A stretch of 64,000 bases of DNA from a virus (lineage: Duplodnaviria > Caudoviricetes), in IMG/VR virus record IMGVR_UViG_2930461776_000001, positions 1 to 64,000 of that record. One strand, written 5' to 3'. Made by a program: the position numbers and the translations under genes. Within the stretch, counting starts at the first letter, position 1. Every line of letters begins with the position of its first letter. The notes below the pieces were generated by a model that searched no databases, was not told the DNA's origin, and saw nothing but the letters and a program-made list of their open reading frames with translations. Positions 1 through 9,207 of this stretch are shown here, one piece after another.

Positions 1-450
1 TCAGGCGGCGCGAGCGTCAGGGGAGTCCATAGTGATGATCTCCCCTTCCCACAGCTGAAACCACTGTCCCCCGGCAAGGAAGTCCTCGATGGCCGGGTTG
101 ATGACGCTGACGAGGTCGGCGACCGTCGCGGTGGAGGCGACGTGGATCTGGACGAGTCCGCACGACTCGCGCAGCTCGATGACCTTGCGCCAGTCGAGTT
201 TGGGGTCGACGACGTACTGGACGGTGAGGGGGCTCTCCGGTGAGTCGGCGCTGATGATGCGCCCGCGCCAGATCTGGAACCACCCGCAGTCGGCGAGGAA
301 TTCCTTGAGGGCATCGTTGAGGGCTTCGGCGCACTGGTCGATGGGTGCATCGCGGTCGACGCGTACCCGGAGCCGGCCGCGGGTCTCGCGGATCTCCACG
401 GTCTTGCCGGGTGCGAGGTCTGGTGATGCTTCGTACTCAACGCACAGCAT
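1..450 (-). CDS. Hypothetical protein with internal tandem duplication (immunity region)
   Basis: Two ~72-aa halves, each ending FLA..WFQxWxGxII..DSP. GGAGGG RBS upstream. Confidence 0.75.
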   Translation of the reverse strand: MLCVEYEASPDLAPGKTVEIRETRGRLRVRVDRDAPIDQCAEALNDALKEFLADCGWFQIWRGRIISADSPESPLTVQYVVDPKLDWRKVIELRESCGLVQIHVASTATVADLVSVINPAIEDFLAGGQWFQLWEGEIITMDSPDARAA

Positions 451-608
451 GCGCGCCCTCCCCTATAGCGGTGCGCGTGGGCGTGATGCGCCGGGCGCGC
501 ACGGTTGTGGAAGAGTACGCCGCGTGAGCAGGCGTCGACAATCAGTTGAAGTGAATGTCTACTTAGGGACTTTTTCAGTCACTTGACGACGCCGCAGCGC
601 GCCGGTTG

Positions 609-1040
609 CTAGCTGTTCTCGCGCCGCGCCCGTTCGTCGGCCTCGATCATCGCCCGCCAGCGTCGCAGCTCAGGCTCCGACATACCCGCCAAGTGGCCCA
701 CGATGATGCGGACTTCGTCGTTGTAGCCCGCCAACTCGGTGGCCTGGTATTCCAGCCACTGCTCGGCGGCTGCCCGCTTGACGCGCTGCTCGGTGAGGCG
801 CAGGGCGTGTGCGAGGGCGCGCATCTGTGCGGGGCTGGGGGCGTTGGCCGGCGGGTTGCTGACCAGCCGCTGGAGGTAGGGCTTGGAGAGCTTCGTGCCC
901 GTGTCGGGGTCGACGGCCCGGTCGGACATCTTCTGATAGGAGAGGCCTCGGTCGTTCGCGTCCTGGATGAGCTGCGAGAGCGCACCGCGGGGACTCGGCT
1001 CTTCCGTCCCGGATTCCGGGGCGGTGGCCGGTGCCGTCAT
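609..1040 (-). CDS. XRE-family phage repressor
   Basis: HTH segment GLSYQKMSDRA...LSKPYLQRL; ATG at 1040 after GGAAGAGG; divergent from the cro-like gene. Confidence 0.75.
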   Translation of the reverse strand: MTAPATAPESGTEEPSPRGALSQLIQDANDRGLSYQKMSDRAVDPDTGTKLSKPYLQRLVSNPPANAPSPAQMRALAHALRLTEQRVKRAAAEQWLEYQATELAGYNDEVRIIVGHLAGMSEPELRRWRAMIEADERARRENS

Positions 1041-1069
1041 GTCCTCTTCCTCTCGGGTCACGATAAGTA

Positions 1070-1283
1070 CCGACTGTCTCTGTAGGGGTCGCTGCGCCTC
1101 GGGAAAATACCAGCTCAGTCCATACAACCATCTGGGATCCGAGACAGTTCGTCTACACAAGGACGCTATCGAGCCACAAACTTTGCCGAGACTCGCATGT
1201 GGATCGTCTCGGATCTGTAGACGAAACGGCTCCACTATGCTTTGCTCTGTTAGGCAAACAGTTCCGCACCACTCGGGGGAATC
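1070..1283. promoter_or_regulatory. Divergent lysis/lysogeny control region with inverted repeats
   Basis: Perfect 10-bp inverted pairs GATCCGAGAC 1136-1145 / GTCTCGGATC 1206-1215 and TTCGTCTACA 1148-1157 / TGTAGACGAA 1216-1225, in an AT-richer intergenic stretch. Confidence 0.6.
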
Positions 1284-1568
1284 GTGAGCCGACGTTGGAC
1301 CCTACGCAGCATCCCGTTCTTCAGGCACTGCATGTTGAACCCGGGCCGATGTGAGTCATTCTCGGTCCGCACTCTGGCCGACGCGTCAGGCGTCAGCGTC
1401 GGAGTCATCGACAAGCTCCTGGCCGGGCGACAGAACACCGCCGACGTCGAGGACGCGATAGCCCTCGCGGAGGCCCTCGGAGTCGCGATCAACCCCCTTT
1501 TCGCGCCTCCATCGTCTCCAAATCCGAACCGAACGTCTCGAACCCCCACCCCCGCGAGCGAGGAATAG
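1284..1568 (+). CDS. Cro-like XRE HTH protein
   Basis: SVRTLADASGVSVGVIDKLLAG HTH; ALGV..LF ending. Confidence 0.75.
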   Translation: MSRRWTLRSIPFFRHCMLNPGRCESFSVRTLADASGVSVGVIDKLLAGRQNTADVEDAIALAEALGVAINPLFAPPSSPNPNRTSRTPTPASEE

Positions 1569-1572
1569 ACCA

Positions 1573-1794
1573 ATGCCGAACAAGCCCAAGCCCCCACCCA
1601 AGGGCTGGCTCTGGAGTGAAGACGCCGCCGACTACCTGGGTGTCCACGTCGTCACCCTCTACCGCTGGCGCCGCGACGAGATCGGACCGAAGAGCGTCCG
1701 CCACGGACAGCGCCGCTACCGCTACAAGGTCACCGACCTGGACGCGTGGATGAACGCCGACCACGCCGACGAGCCGGCCCGCGCCGCCGCCTAG
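1573..1794 (+). CDS. Excisionase-like/AlpA HTH protein
   Basis: AADYLGVHVVTLYRWRR...GP...RYKVTDLDAWM. Confidence 0.75.
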   Translation: MPNKPKPPPKGWLWSEDAADYLGVHVVTLYRWRRDEIGPKSVRHGQRRYRYKVTDLDAWMNADHADEPARAAA

Positions 1795-1879
1795 CGGCAA
1801 ACGAAGAGGCCGCCCCAAACGCCAGCCCGGGACGACCTCGCGATCCCCACCAGAACACACGGAATGAAAGGGACCGCCT

Positions 1880-2695
1880 GTGTCCATTCTGCCCCAGGAG
1901 TCAGCCAAGGTCGTCAAGCTCGACCTGTCAGCCGGCTCCATCGACACCGTCATCGTCGACGGTGAACCGCACGTCGTGTTCCGCCCGGCCGTCGAGGCGA
2001 TCGGCCTCGACTACTCCACCCAGCTGCGCAAGCTCCGCGACCGCTCGTGGGCCAACCGTAGGGATATCCCCACGGTTGCCGAGGACGGCAAGACCCGCCT
2101 CATGGCCGCGGTCGACATCCGCACCTTCCTGATGTGGCTCGCCACGGTCAACGAGAACAAGGTTGCCGACGAGGTCCGCGAGACCCTCGTCGCCTACCAG
2201 CAGGAGACGACTACAGCAGTCAACGCGTACTGGACCGAGGGCGGCGCCATCAACCCGCGCGCCACCGAGGACCAGCTCGACTCGCTCATCTCCCGCGCCA
2301 AGCAGCAGGCCGAGGTCCTTTCGATCCTCGCGCCGATCGTCTCGCCGCAGTGGCTGGAGACGAAGGCCCGTCTCGTCGCCGCTCGTGCGCTGGGCGAGGA
2401 ACCCGAGGTCGACCCGCTCGACATCCCGCTGTACGTCCCGGACTTCCTGAAGGACAAGGGTCTGAAGCGCCGGGAGATCGAGTCGGTGCAGTCCTGGTTC
2501 GGCCGGCGCGCTGCCGCCATCCACAAGGAGCAGACCGGCACGGAGATCGGGAAGCGGCAGACGGACCTGCCGAACGGCTCAGTACGCGAGACGAAGGCGT
2601 GGACGGAGAGGCACCGGCCGGTCTTCGAGGAGACCTGGACCCGCTTCTACGCCGCCGCGTTCCCCACCCAGCTCGGGCTTGGGGAGGCGTCGTGA
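1880..2695 (+). CDS. Phage antirepressor (P22_AR N-terminal type)
   Basis: PHVVFRPAVEAIGLDYSTQLRKL...DGKTRLM...FLMWLATVN; GAAAGGGA RBS. Confidence 0.8.
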   Translation: MSILPQESAKVVKLDLSAGSIDTVIVDGEPHVVFRPAVEAIGLDYSTQLRKLRDRSWANRRDIPTVAEDGKTRLMAAVDIRTFLMWLATVNENKVADEVRETLVAYQQETTTAVNAYWTEGGAINPRATEDQLDSLISRAKQQAEVLSILAPIVSPQWLETKARLVAARALGEEPEVDPLDIPLYVPDFLKDKGLKRREIESVQSWFGRRAAAIHKEQTGTEIGKRQTDLPNGSVRETKAWTERHRPVFEETWTRFYAAAFPTQLGLGEAS

Positions 2696-2958
2696 GCCGC
2701 CACTCCCGCGTCGACCACTTCATCGTCGCCGCCGCGTGCCAGGCCAACCCGGGCGAGTGGCAGCAGGTCGGTGAGTACAACTCGACGCAGAGCGCCTACT
2801 CGGCGACGGGCCACATCAGCAAGGCCACCGTCACGACCACCAGTCAGAGGTCCGCGTACAGCCCGGCCGGCTCGTTCGAGGCCCGGCATGAGCTGACGGA
2901 GTTCGGCGCGCTGGTTGAGGCCCGGTACGTGGGCGCCGCCAAGGCGGTGGAGTCATGA
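2692..2958 (+). CDS. Hypothetical phage protein
   Basis: GTGA overlap with upstream gene, GGAGG RBS. Confidence 0.6.
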   Translation: MSRHSRVDHFIVAAACQANPGEWQQVGEYNSTQSAYSATGHISKATVTTTSQRSAYSPAGSFEARHELTEFGALVEARYVGAAKAVES

Positions 2959-3248
2959 CCGCCTCGGTCAAGCCCATCGCCGCTCTGGATGTGCCGCTCT
3001 CCGCCGTCGAGGCAGAGGCGGAGCGTATCTGGGCCGAGCGTGAGCGCCGTGTCGCGGCCCTCTACTTCCGGCAGGCCGCCACTCGCACCGCGTCGCCGTC
3101 GGATCGGATCGCGTTCGCCCTGGACGCCCACCTGATCCGCGAGCAAGTGCCCGTGTCGACCGACGCCGACTACCCCGGATGGGCCGAGCACATCGCCGCC
3201 CTCCAGGCAGCCAACCTCAACGCCCGCAAGGAGGCGTCCCATGGCTAA
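2955..3248 (+). CDS. Hypothetical phage protein
   Basis: ATGA overlap, high-GC codon bias. Confidence 0.6.
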   Translation: MTASVKPIAALDVPLSAVEAEAERIWAERERRVAALYFRQAATRTASPSDRIAFALDAHLIREQVPVSTDADYPGWAEHIAALQAANLNARKEASHG

Positions 3249-3756
3249 GACCAGGGCCTGGCCGTTCGGTACGGACGCGGACGAGCACGACCCGCTGACG
3301 GCGCTGCGTATCCCGGTCACTGGCGCGCACCCGGGCTGGCGGTACATCGCCACCTTCGACCGCGAGTCTGAGGCGCGCCCCACCGACCTGGAGGCGCGGC
3401 AGCTGGCCTCCTTCATCGAGCAGTACAAGGACTACTTCTTCAACGACTGGTACAAGGCGAAGCTCCTCGAACGCCCGCTGGATGTCGACGCGGTGACGCG
3501 GATCTTCCACAAGTGGGGCGAGGGCGACTGGTCGTACCGGGTCGTCACCTGGCAGTACGGCCCGTTCTGGATCCCGGTCGCACCCCGCCTGCGCGGCGGC
3601 CGGCTCGACGACGCGAAGGCCTTGGGGCCGCTGTCGCTGGTGCAGGTCATGGACCGCGCCCACGCCATGCACACCGAGTACCCGAGCAAGGACTGGGCCG
3701 CATGGAAGGCCAACCACACCGAGATCTTCCCCGCCGAGGAGGCGTCCCATGGCTGA
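3241..3756 (+). CDS. Hypothetical phage protein flanked by 18-bp direct repeats
   Basis: AGGAGG RBS and coding bias. Confidence 0.7.
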   Translation: MAKTRAWPFGTDADEHDPLTALRIPVTGAHPGWRYIATFDRESEARPTDLEARQLASFIEQYKDYFFNDWYKAKLLERPLDVDAVTRIFHKWGEGDWSYRVVTWQYGPFWIPVAPRLRGGRLDDAKALGPLSLVQVMDRAHAMHTEYPSKDWAAWKANHTEIFPAEEASHG

Positions 3757-4450
3757 GTACCCGGAGATCGCGGCCCGGTTCGCCCGCGACACCGCCAAGC
3801 ACCAGATGGCCGTCCTACACGAGGACGGGCTGTACCGGCACCTGAAGTTCGCGGATCCCGCCGGCGGCTTCTACCGCTTCGACATCGTCACCTGGCCGCA
3901 CAACCTGTTCCTGCGCGGCGACGGCTTCTCCTTCGGTTTCGCGATCTACCCGACCGAGGACATGTTCGACGTGTTCCGCGGGTCGCGCAGCGGCGGCATC
4001 AACCCGGGCTACTGGCAGGAGAAGGTGACTGCCGGGCAGGTGAAGGACTGGTCGGAGGACCGGTTCCGGGCCTGGGTTCTGGACGAAGCGGCGAAGGCTG
4101 AAGCCAAGCACCCCGGCGTCGTGAAGGCCGTCGGCGATCAGATCCTCAACTCGGACGAGCACAGCCTGGAGTTCCAGGGCACCGCCGAGTACGCGGTCGC
4201 CAACTTCTCGCACAGCACCTTCCGTCTCCGCTTCCCGAACGACTGGGAGAAGGACTTCCAGGACTGGTCGTGGGAGTTCCTGTTCGCCTGCCACGCCGTC
4301 CTCTTCGGCATCGACATGTGGGACGCCGCGGCCGGTAAGGCCCCCGTGTCGCAGCACTTCGACAAGACGCCTGACCCGCTGGACGGCTGCCACTGGTGCG
4401 CGTGCGGCAACCGCTGGCCCTGCAAGCACGCCGGGGCGGTGACGGCATGA
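3749..4450 (+). CDS. Conserved hypothetical phage protein with C-terminal Cys/His motif
   Basis: HEDGLYRHLKF...INPGYWQEKV; C-terminal CHWCAC...C. Confidence 0.75.
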   Translation: MAEYPEIAARFARDTAKHQMAVLHEDGLYRHLKFADPAGGFYRFDIVTWPHNLFLRGDGFSFGFAIYPTEDMFDVFRGSRSGGINPGYWQEKVTAGQVKDWSEDRFRAWVLDEAAKAEAKHPGVVKAVGDQILNSDEHSLEFQGTAEYAVANFSHSTFRLRFPNDWEKDFQDWSWEFLFACHAVLFGIDMWDAAAGKAPVSQHFDKTPDPLDGCHWCACGNRWPCKHAGAVTA

Positions 4451-4656
4451 CGAACGTGCAGCTGCTCGCGATCGGTATCGACAGCCGGCCCGAGGAGATC
4501 CGCCTCGACGTCGTCGGCGGCATGCGGATCCAGCTCGCCCCCGGCGTGCACCTCGACCTCGCCAAGGCCACCCCGGAAGCCCTCCGCGAACTGGCCTCCG
4601 TCTGCAGTCTCGCGGCCCAGTGCAAGGACTTCCAGACCCTGCCGGAGGTGGCGTAG
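4447..4656 (+). CDS. Hypothetical protein
   Basis: ATGA coupling. Confidence 0.55.
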   Translation: MTNVQLLAIGIDSRPEEIRLDVVGGMRIQLAPGVHLDLAKATPEALRELASVCSLAAQCKDFQTLPEVA

Positions 4657-4959
4657 ATGGTGACTCTGTCCGTGACTCGCTCCCGCATCGCCGCCGTCCT
4701 CAACGCGGCCGCTGACGGCTTCCAGTCGGCGCCGTGGGACCCGCACCTGAACCCGCTGATGACCGCGATCGACGACGCGGCGGGCTGCGTCCCTGGCAAG
4801 TCGAGCAGCGACTGCGAGGCGACGACGCTCTCTGCCTGGGACGCCCTGGAAGCCCTCCTCGGCCAGTGGCCGGGCGACTGGGAGCGCGAGTCGGGCCGCC
4901 GCCAGGACGAGGTGGAGGCCGCACTCCGCGGCGCCGCAGCGAAGGCGGTGACGGCATGA
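4657..4959 (+). CDS. Hypothetical protein
   Basis: GGAGG RBS, abuts previous stop. Confidence 0.6.
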   Translation: MVTLSVTRSRIAAVLNAAADGFQSAPWDPHLNPLMTAIDDAAGCVPGKSSSDCEATTLSAWDALEALLGQWPGDWERESGRRQDEVEAALRGAAAKAVTA

Positions 4960-5078
4960 ACGACGTCGTCGCCTTCACCCTCTTCACGATCTACGTCGGC
5001 TTCCTCCTGTGGGCCGTTGCAGCTATCTCCCGGCGCATGGACCGCTACTACGCCAGGCGACAGGGGGTGAAGCGGTGA
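4956..5078 (+). CDS. Small membrane protein
   Basis: ATGA coupling, one hydrophobic segment. Confidence 0.5.
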   Translation: MNDVVAFTLFTIYVGFLLWAVAAISRRMDRYYARRQGVKR

Positions 5079-5290
5079 CCGCGCCGCTGCCGTCGCCGCG
5101 CCTGTCGCCGATGGCGGGCCTGTTCAACGGGGCCGTCCGCCTCCTGAACCGCCGCCTGCGCACCCGGATCGGCGAGCTCAACACCCAGCTCGCCGACGCC
5201 ATCAACGTCAACCACGAACTCCGCGACGCCGCCTCGTTCACCGACAGCCGGCGCTCGGGCTACGTCGACCGCACCGGCTTGGAGGCCTGA
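5075..5290 (+). CDS. Hypothetical protein
   Basis: GTGA coupling. Confidence 0.5.
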   Translation: MTAPLPSPRLSPMAGLFNGAVRLLNRRLRTRIGELNTQLADAINVNHELRDAASFTDSRRSGYVDRTGLEA

Positions 5291-5493
5291 TGTCCGGCCA
5301 CGAGCTCGAATTCGACTTCGGCCCCTGCCACATCGAGCCGGAGACCCGGCGAGCCGCCACCAGGTTCGTCGCCCGCCGGATCGCTGCCGAACACCCGCAC
5401 CTGACCGCAGCCGAGCTCGCGGCCGACCCCAGCATCCGCGCCGACATGCGCGACCTCCTCAACGCACTCGGCCTCACGAAGGAGACGCAGTGA
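5290..5493 (+). CDS. Hypothetical protein
   Basis: TGATG coupling, GGAGG RBS. Confidence 0.55.
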   Translation: MSGHELEFDFGPCHIEPETRRAATRFVARRIAAEHPHLTAAELAADPSIRADMRDLLNALGLTKETQ

Positions 5494-5912
5494 GCATCAC
5501 CAACCTGATCCCTGGCCTTCGCGGCAACGGCAGCCGGCGCGCCGTCGACGAGGTCGACCGACTCCGCGAGGACAACATCAAGCTCCTCAACCGGCAGGCC
5601 GCGGCCGACGACTTCTTCGCCTTCCTGTGGCAGGACGTCGTCACCACCAACGCCGCCTGGGAGCAGGAGAAGCAGCTGCGGGGCGAGGCCGAAGAGGCTG
5701 CCGCGCAGATGCGGATGGAACGCGACGAGTGGCGCGACGAAGCCCTCCGGCTGCGCGCCCAGTTCGGCCCGCAGCTGGCTGCCGAAGCCAACGCCAACCG
5801 CGTCACCGTCCCGCCCATGGTCCGCGACACCAGCGCCGTCGAAGACCAGGCCACCGGTCCGATCGACGTCCGCGCCCTCTGGGACGCCGCCGAAGCCGGA
5901 CGGCTCGGCTGA
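5490..5912 (+). CDS. Coiled-coil hypothetical protein
   Basis: AAGGAG RBS, GTGA coupling. Confidence 0.65.
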   Translation: MSITNLIPGLRGNGSRRAVDEVDRLREDNIKLLNRQAAADDFFAFLWQDVVTTNAAWEQEKQLRGEAEEAAAQMRMERDEWRDEALRLRAQFGPQLAAEANANRVTVPPMVRDTSAVEDQATGPIDVRALWDAAEAGRLG

Positions 5913-5981
5913 CACACAGCAAGAACCCCGCCGCGGTCCAGGCGACGGGGGTCCGACACCAAGCATCCCACGGAGACCACC

Positions 5982-6104
5982 ATGCAGATCGTTCAGGACG
6001 CCCTGTTCCCGCCGTCCGACCTGAAGACCGAGGGCTACGCTCAGCCCGAACCCCGCGACGAGGTCGAGGAGACCGGCGAAGCCGAGATCGAGGACGCGGC
6101 CTGA
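5982..6104 (+). CDS. Small acidic protein
   Basis: GGAG RBS; MQIVQDALF...; TGATG coupling to the clamp gene. Confidence 0.5.
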   Translation: MQIVQDALFPPSDLKTEGYAQPEPRDEVEETGEAEIEDAA

Positions 6105-7216
6105 TGCGTCTCACGATCCCTCAACCCGAGCTTGCCGCAGCCGCCAAGTGGGCAGCCCGGCAGGCCCCGAGCAAGCCGACCAACCCGATCCTGCTCGGGG
6201 CCCGCCTGGAAGCCGACGGGGACCGGCTGCGGGTGAGTGTGTGGGACGGGGCGACCGCCGCCCACGCCACCCTCGACGCCGACATCGAAGAGCCGGGCGT
6301 GGTCGTCGCTTCCGCGCAGATGCTCGCCGACATCACCGGCAGCCTCCGCAAGACCGACGTCGCCCTGGCTGGCGACCACGACCTCACCCTCACCACCACG
6401 GCTGCCGAGTTCCGCATCCCCGGCCTCGACCCGCACACCTACCCGCAACTGCCCGGCCTGCCCGAGACGCAAGGCGGCGTGGACGGCGGCGAGTTCGCTG
6501 CCGCCTACCAGCGGGTGCACCGGGCCATCGACCCGAAGGCCACCGGCTCGTTCGCCGGCATGACCGGGGTGCGGCTGAAGGTGATGGACGGACGGCTGAA
6601 GCTGTCGGCGACGGACCGGTTCCGTATCGCCTCCGCCTGGATCGACTGGCACGGCGGCGACACCGACACGGGCATGGCGGTCGTGCCGGGCAAGGTGATG
6701 GCCGACAACGCCCGAGCCTTCGACGGCCAACTGCAGCTGGCGCTACCGGCCGACGGCAACGGCACCGCAGCCCTGATCTCCGACGGCCGCTCAGTGTCGA
6801 CACTGCTGATCGACCCGGGCCTGTTCCCGCACAAGGTCGACACCCAGATCCCCAGCCAGTTCACCGGCGCCATCACCGGCGACGCAGACGAAATCACCGC
6901 AGCCATCCAGGCAGCAATGACCGTGTCCGGCGGAAACCTGCTGTGGCTCAACACCGACGGCGCCGACGTCATGTTCCGGGCCGGACGCGACGCCTCCAGC
7001 CGCGTCACCGCGGACGCCGAATACGACGGCGACCACGAGCAGTTCGAACTCGCCATCAACGCCGGCTGGCTCCTCGACGGACTCGCACCCATCAGCGGCG
7101 CGGCCCGCATCAACCTCACCACCCACGTCGCCCCGGCCGTCATTGAGGCCGTCGACGACGACACCTACCAGTACTGCGCCGTCCCCATCCGCGAACCCCA
7201 CAAAGCCGCCGCCTGA
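6104..7216 (+). CDS. dnaN: DNA polymerase III beta sliding clamp (phage-encoded)
   Basis: 370 aa; PILLGARL, YPQLP, MTGV...SATDRFRIA, AINAGWLLDGL and C-terminal VPIR are DnaN-like. Confidence 0.85.
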   Translation: MRLTIPQPELAAAAKWAARQAPSKPTNPILLGARLEADGDRLRVSVWDGATAAHATLDADIEEPGVVVASAQMLADITGSLRKTDVALAGDHDLTLTTTAAEFRIPGLDPHTYPQLPGLPETQGGVDGGEFAAAYQRVHRAIDPKATGSFAGMTGVRLKVMDGRLKLSATDRFRIASAWIDWHGGDTDTGMAVVPGKVMADNARAFDGQLQLALPADGNGTAALISDGRSVSTLLIDPGLFPHKVDTQIPSQFTGAITGDADEITAAIQAAMTVSGGNLLWLNTDGADVMFRAGRDASSRVTADAEYDGDHEQFELAINAGWLLDGLAPISGAARINLTTHVAPAVIEAVDDDTYQYCAVPIREPHKAAA

Positions 7217-7232
7217 ACCGGAGAACCCAGAC

Positions 7233-7877
7233 GTGATCACCATCGCAGACCACACCCTCAGCCGCCTCGTCGCCCAAACCAAGCCCCACATGGCCGACAG
7301 CAACGACGTCGAATCCCTGCAATGCCTCGCCTTCGACCACGACGGCACCTACCTGTACGCCATGGCCACCAACCGCTTCACGATGGGCGTGGCCCGCACC
7401 CAGCTCCTCAAGTCCGAAGACGAGCCGTGGACCGCGGTTGTTCACCGCATGCAGGTCCCCGAAGTCGCTGCGGCCATCCGGCTCCTCGACGCCAAGCCGG
7501 TCACCCTGGAGCGCACCGACACGCACCTGGTGCTGTCGGGGGAGTCCGGAACCCGCATCGCCATCGAGACCGTGCAGCACAAGCAGGGCCCGCTGAACTG
7601 GCGCAAGTACCTGCTGCCGCTCCTCGACGAGGCCGCCGCCAACTCGCAGATGGCGATGACGCCCAAGTTCTTCGGCGCCTGGAAGGGCCTGCCCGCACCG
7701 GTGCAGATGTGGTCCGTCGGCGAGCACCGGCCGACCGTGATCCTCGCCGCCGACTTCATCGGCATGCAGATGCCGGTCCGCACCAGCGAGGCCCAGGAGC
7801 TGACCACGCGCCGCGAACTGGACGCCTGGAAGGCCGCCAAGCCCGAGGAGCCGGTCGAACAGCCGGCCGCCGCCTGA
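7233..7877 (+). CDS. Beta-clamp-domain-like protein
   Basis: SLQCLAF...LYAMATNRFTMGVAR resembles the DnaN central ATDRxRL motif; ends GMQMPVR. Confidence 0.55.
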   Translation: MITIADHTLSRLVAQTKPHMADSNDVESLQCLAFDHDGTYLYAMATNRFTMGVARTQLLKSEDEPWTAVVHRMQVPEVAAAIRLLDAKPVTLERTDTHLVLSGESGTRIAIETVQHKQGPLNWRKYLLPLLDEAAANSQMAMTPKFFGAWKGLPAPVQMWSVGEHRPTVILAADFIGMQMPVRTSEAQELTTRRELDAWKAAKPEEPVEQPAAA

Positions 7878-8013
7878 CGAACAAGCCATCCCCATACGCC
7901 GCGTTGAGCGCCTTCCCCCAAGCGTTCCGCGGCACCCAGGGCCCGCTCCGTGAGGAGCAACCCCCGCCCGAACGGAGCGGGCCCGACCCCAGTGCACCCA
8001 GAAACGGAGAGTC

Positions 8014-8361
8014 ATGAGCCTCCCCAGCCCCACCTTCAACTCCGAGACCGCCCGTCACGCGCTGTGGCACTACGGCGCCGACGGCGGCTACCAGCCCGGC
8101 AGCTTCACGCAGAAGCTCATGGTCGCTATCGATGCCGCCGACGTCGTCAACAAGGCCCGCCTGCGCGCCTGCTACCCCGAGCTCGTTGACGCCATGAACC
8201 TGGCCGCCAACCAGGAAGACGGCATCCGCCGCCTCCAGCAGGGCCTGGGCGTCACCGTCGCGCCGCTCAAGTGCCGCTGCGGCGACGAGGACGGGCCGTT
8301 CACCGAGGACGGCCTGTGCGAGGCGTGCGAGCGCAGGGCGGCTGTAGGCGGTGTCGCGTGA
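8014..8361 (+). CDS. Hypothetical protein with C-terminal zinc-finger-like motif
   Basis: CRC...CEAC; GGAG RBS. Confidence 0.6.
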   Translation: MSLPSPTFNSETARHALWHYGADGGYQPGSFTQKLMVAIDAADVVNKARLRACYPELVDAMNLAANQEDGIRRLQQGLGVTVAPLKCRCGDEDGPFTEDGLCEACERRAAVGGVA

Positions 8362-9194
8362 CCGCCGCCGTCGAGGTGCCGGCAGAGGTCGAGCCCGGGC
8401 TGTACGACATCGACGCCGAGACCTACCACAGCGACCCGATCCCGGGCGGCAGCCTCTCGTCGACCGGCGCGAAGAAGCTGGCCAGCAGCTGCCCCGCCAA
8501 GTTCAAGCACTGGCTCGACAACCCGGAGCCGCCGAAGAAGACCCTCGACCTCGGCACCGCCGCGCACCGACTCGTCCTCGACGACGGCCCCGAGTTGGTC
8601 CTCGTCGACGCGGCCCGTTGGGACACCAATGCCATCAAGGCCGAGCTCGCAGCGATCCGCGCCGAGGGCAACATCCCGCTCAAGAGGCCCGAGCTGGAAC
8701 AAGTCCAGGCCATGGCCGCCCAGCTGCGCCAGGACCCCGAGGCCGTCCGCCTGCTGGAGCCCGGCACCGGCGACGCCGAACAGTCCGCGTTCTGGGAGGA
8801 CGGCGGAGTCTGGCGCAGGGCCCGCTTCGACTGGCTACGCCACGACGGCCAGATCGTCGACTACAAGACCGCCCGATCCTGCCGCCGCGAAGACCTTGAG
8901 AAGGCCTTCCACGAGCACGGCTACGCCCAGCAGCAGGAGTGGTACCTCGACGGCGGCCTGGCCCTCGACCTGGTCGACCCGGAGAAGCCGTTCCAGTTCG
9001 TGCTGCAGGAGAAGGAACCGCCCTACCTGGTGGTGGTCACGACCTGCGACCCGATGGCCCGCGGCATCGGCCGCCACCTCAACGAGGTCGCCCTCAACAC
9101 CTACGCCATCTGCCGGCAGTCCGGCGAGTGGCCCGGCTACCTGCCCAACCCGATGACCGCGCTGCCCTCGTGGGTCGAGCGCCAGTACGCCTAG
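8358..9194 (+). CDS. RecE/exonuclease VIII-like PD-(D/E)XK exonuclease
   Basis: YH.DP...LSSTGAK, GTAAH, RARFD...IVDYKT, YAQQQEWY. Confidence 0.85.
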   Translation: MTAAVEVPAEVEPGLYDIDAETYHSDPIPGGSLSSTGAKKLASSCPAKFKHWLDNPEPPKKTLDLGTAAHRLVLDDGPELVLVDAARWDTNAIKAELAAIRAEGNIPLKRPELEQVQAMAAQLRQDPEAVRLLEPGTGDAEQSAFWEDGGVWRRARFDWLRHDGQIVDYKTARSCRREDLEKAFHEHGYAQQQEWYLDGGLALDLVDPEKPFQFVLQEKEPPYLVVVTTCDPMARGIGRHLNEVALNTYAICRQSGEWPGYLPNPMTALPSWVERQYA

Positions 9195-9207
9195 GAGAAA
9201 CCACCCG

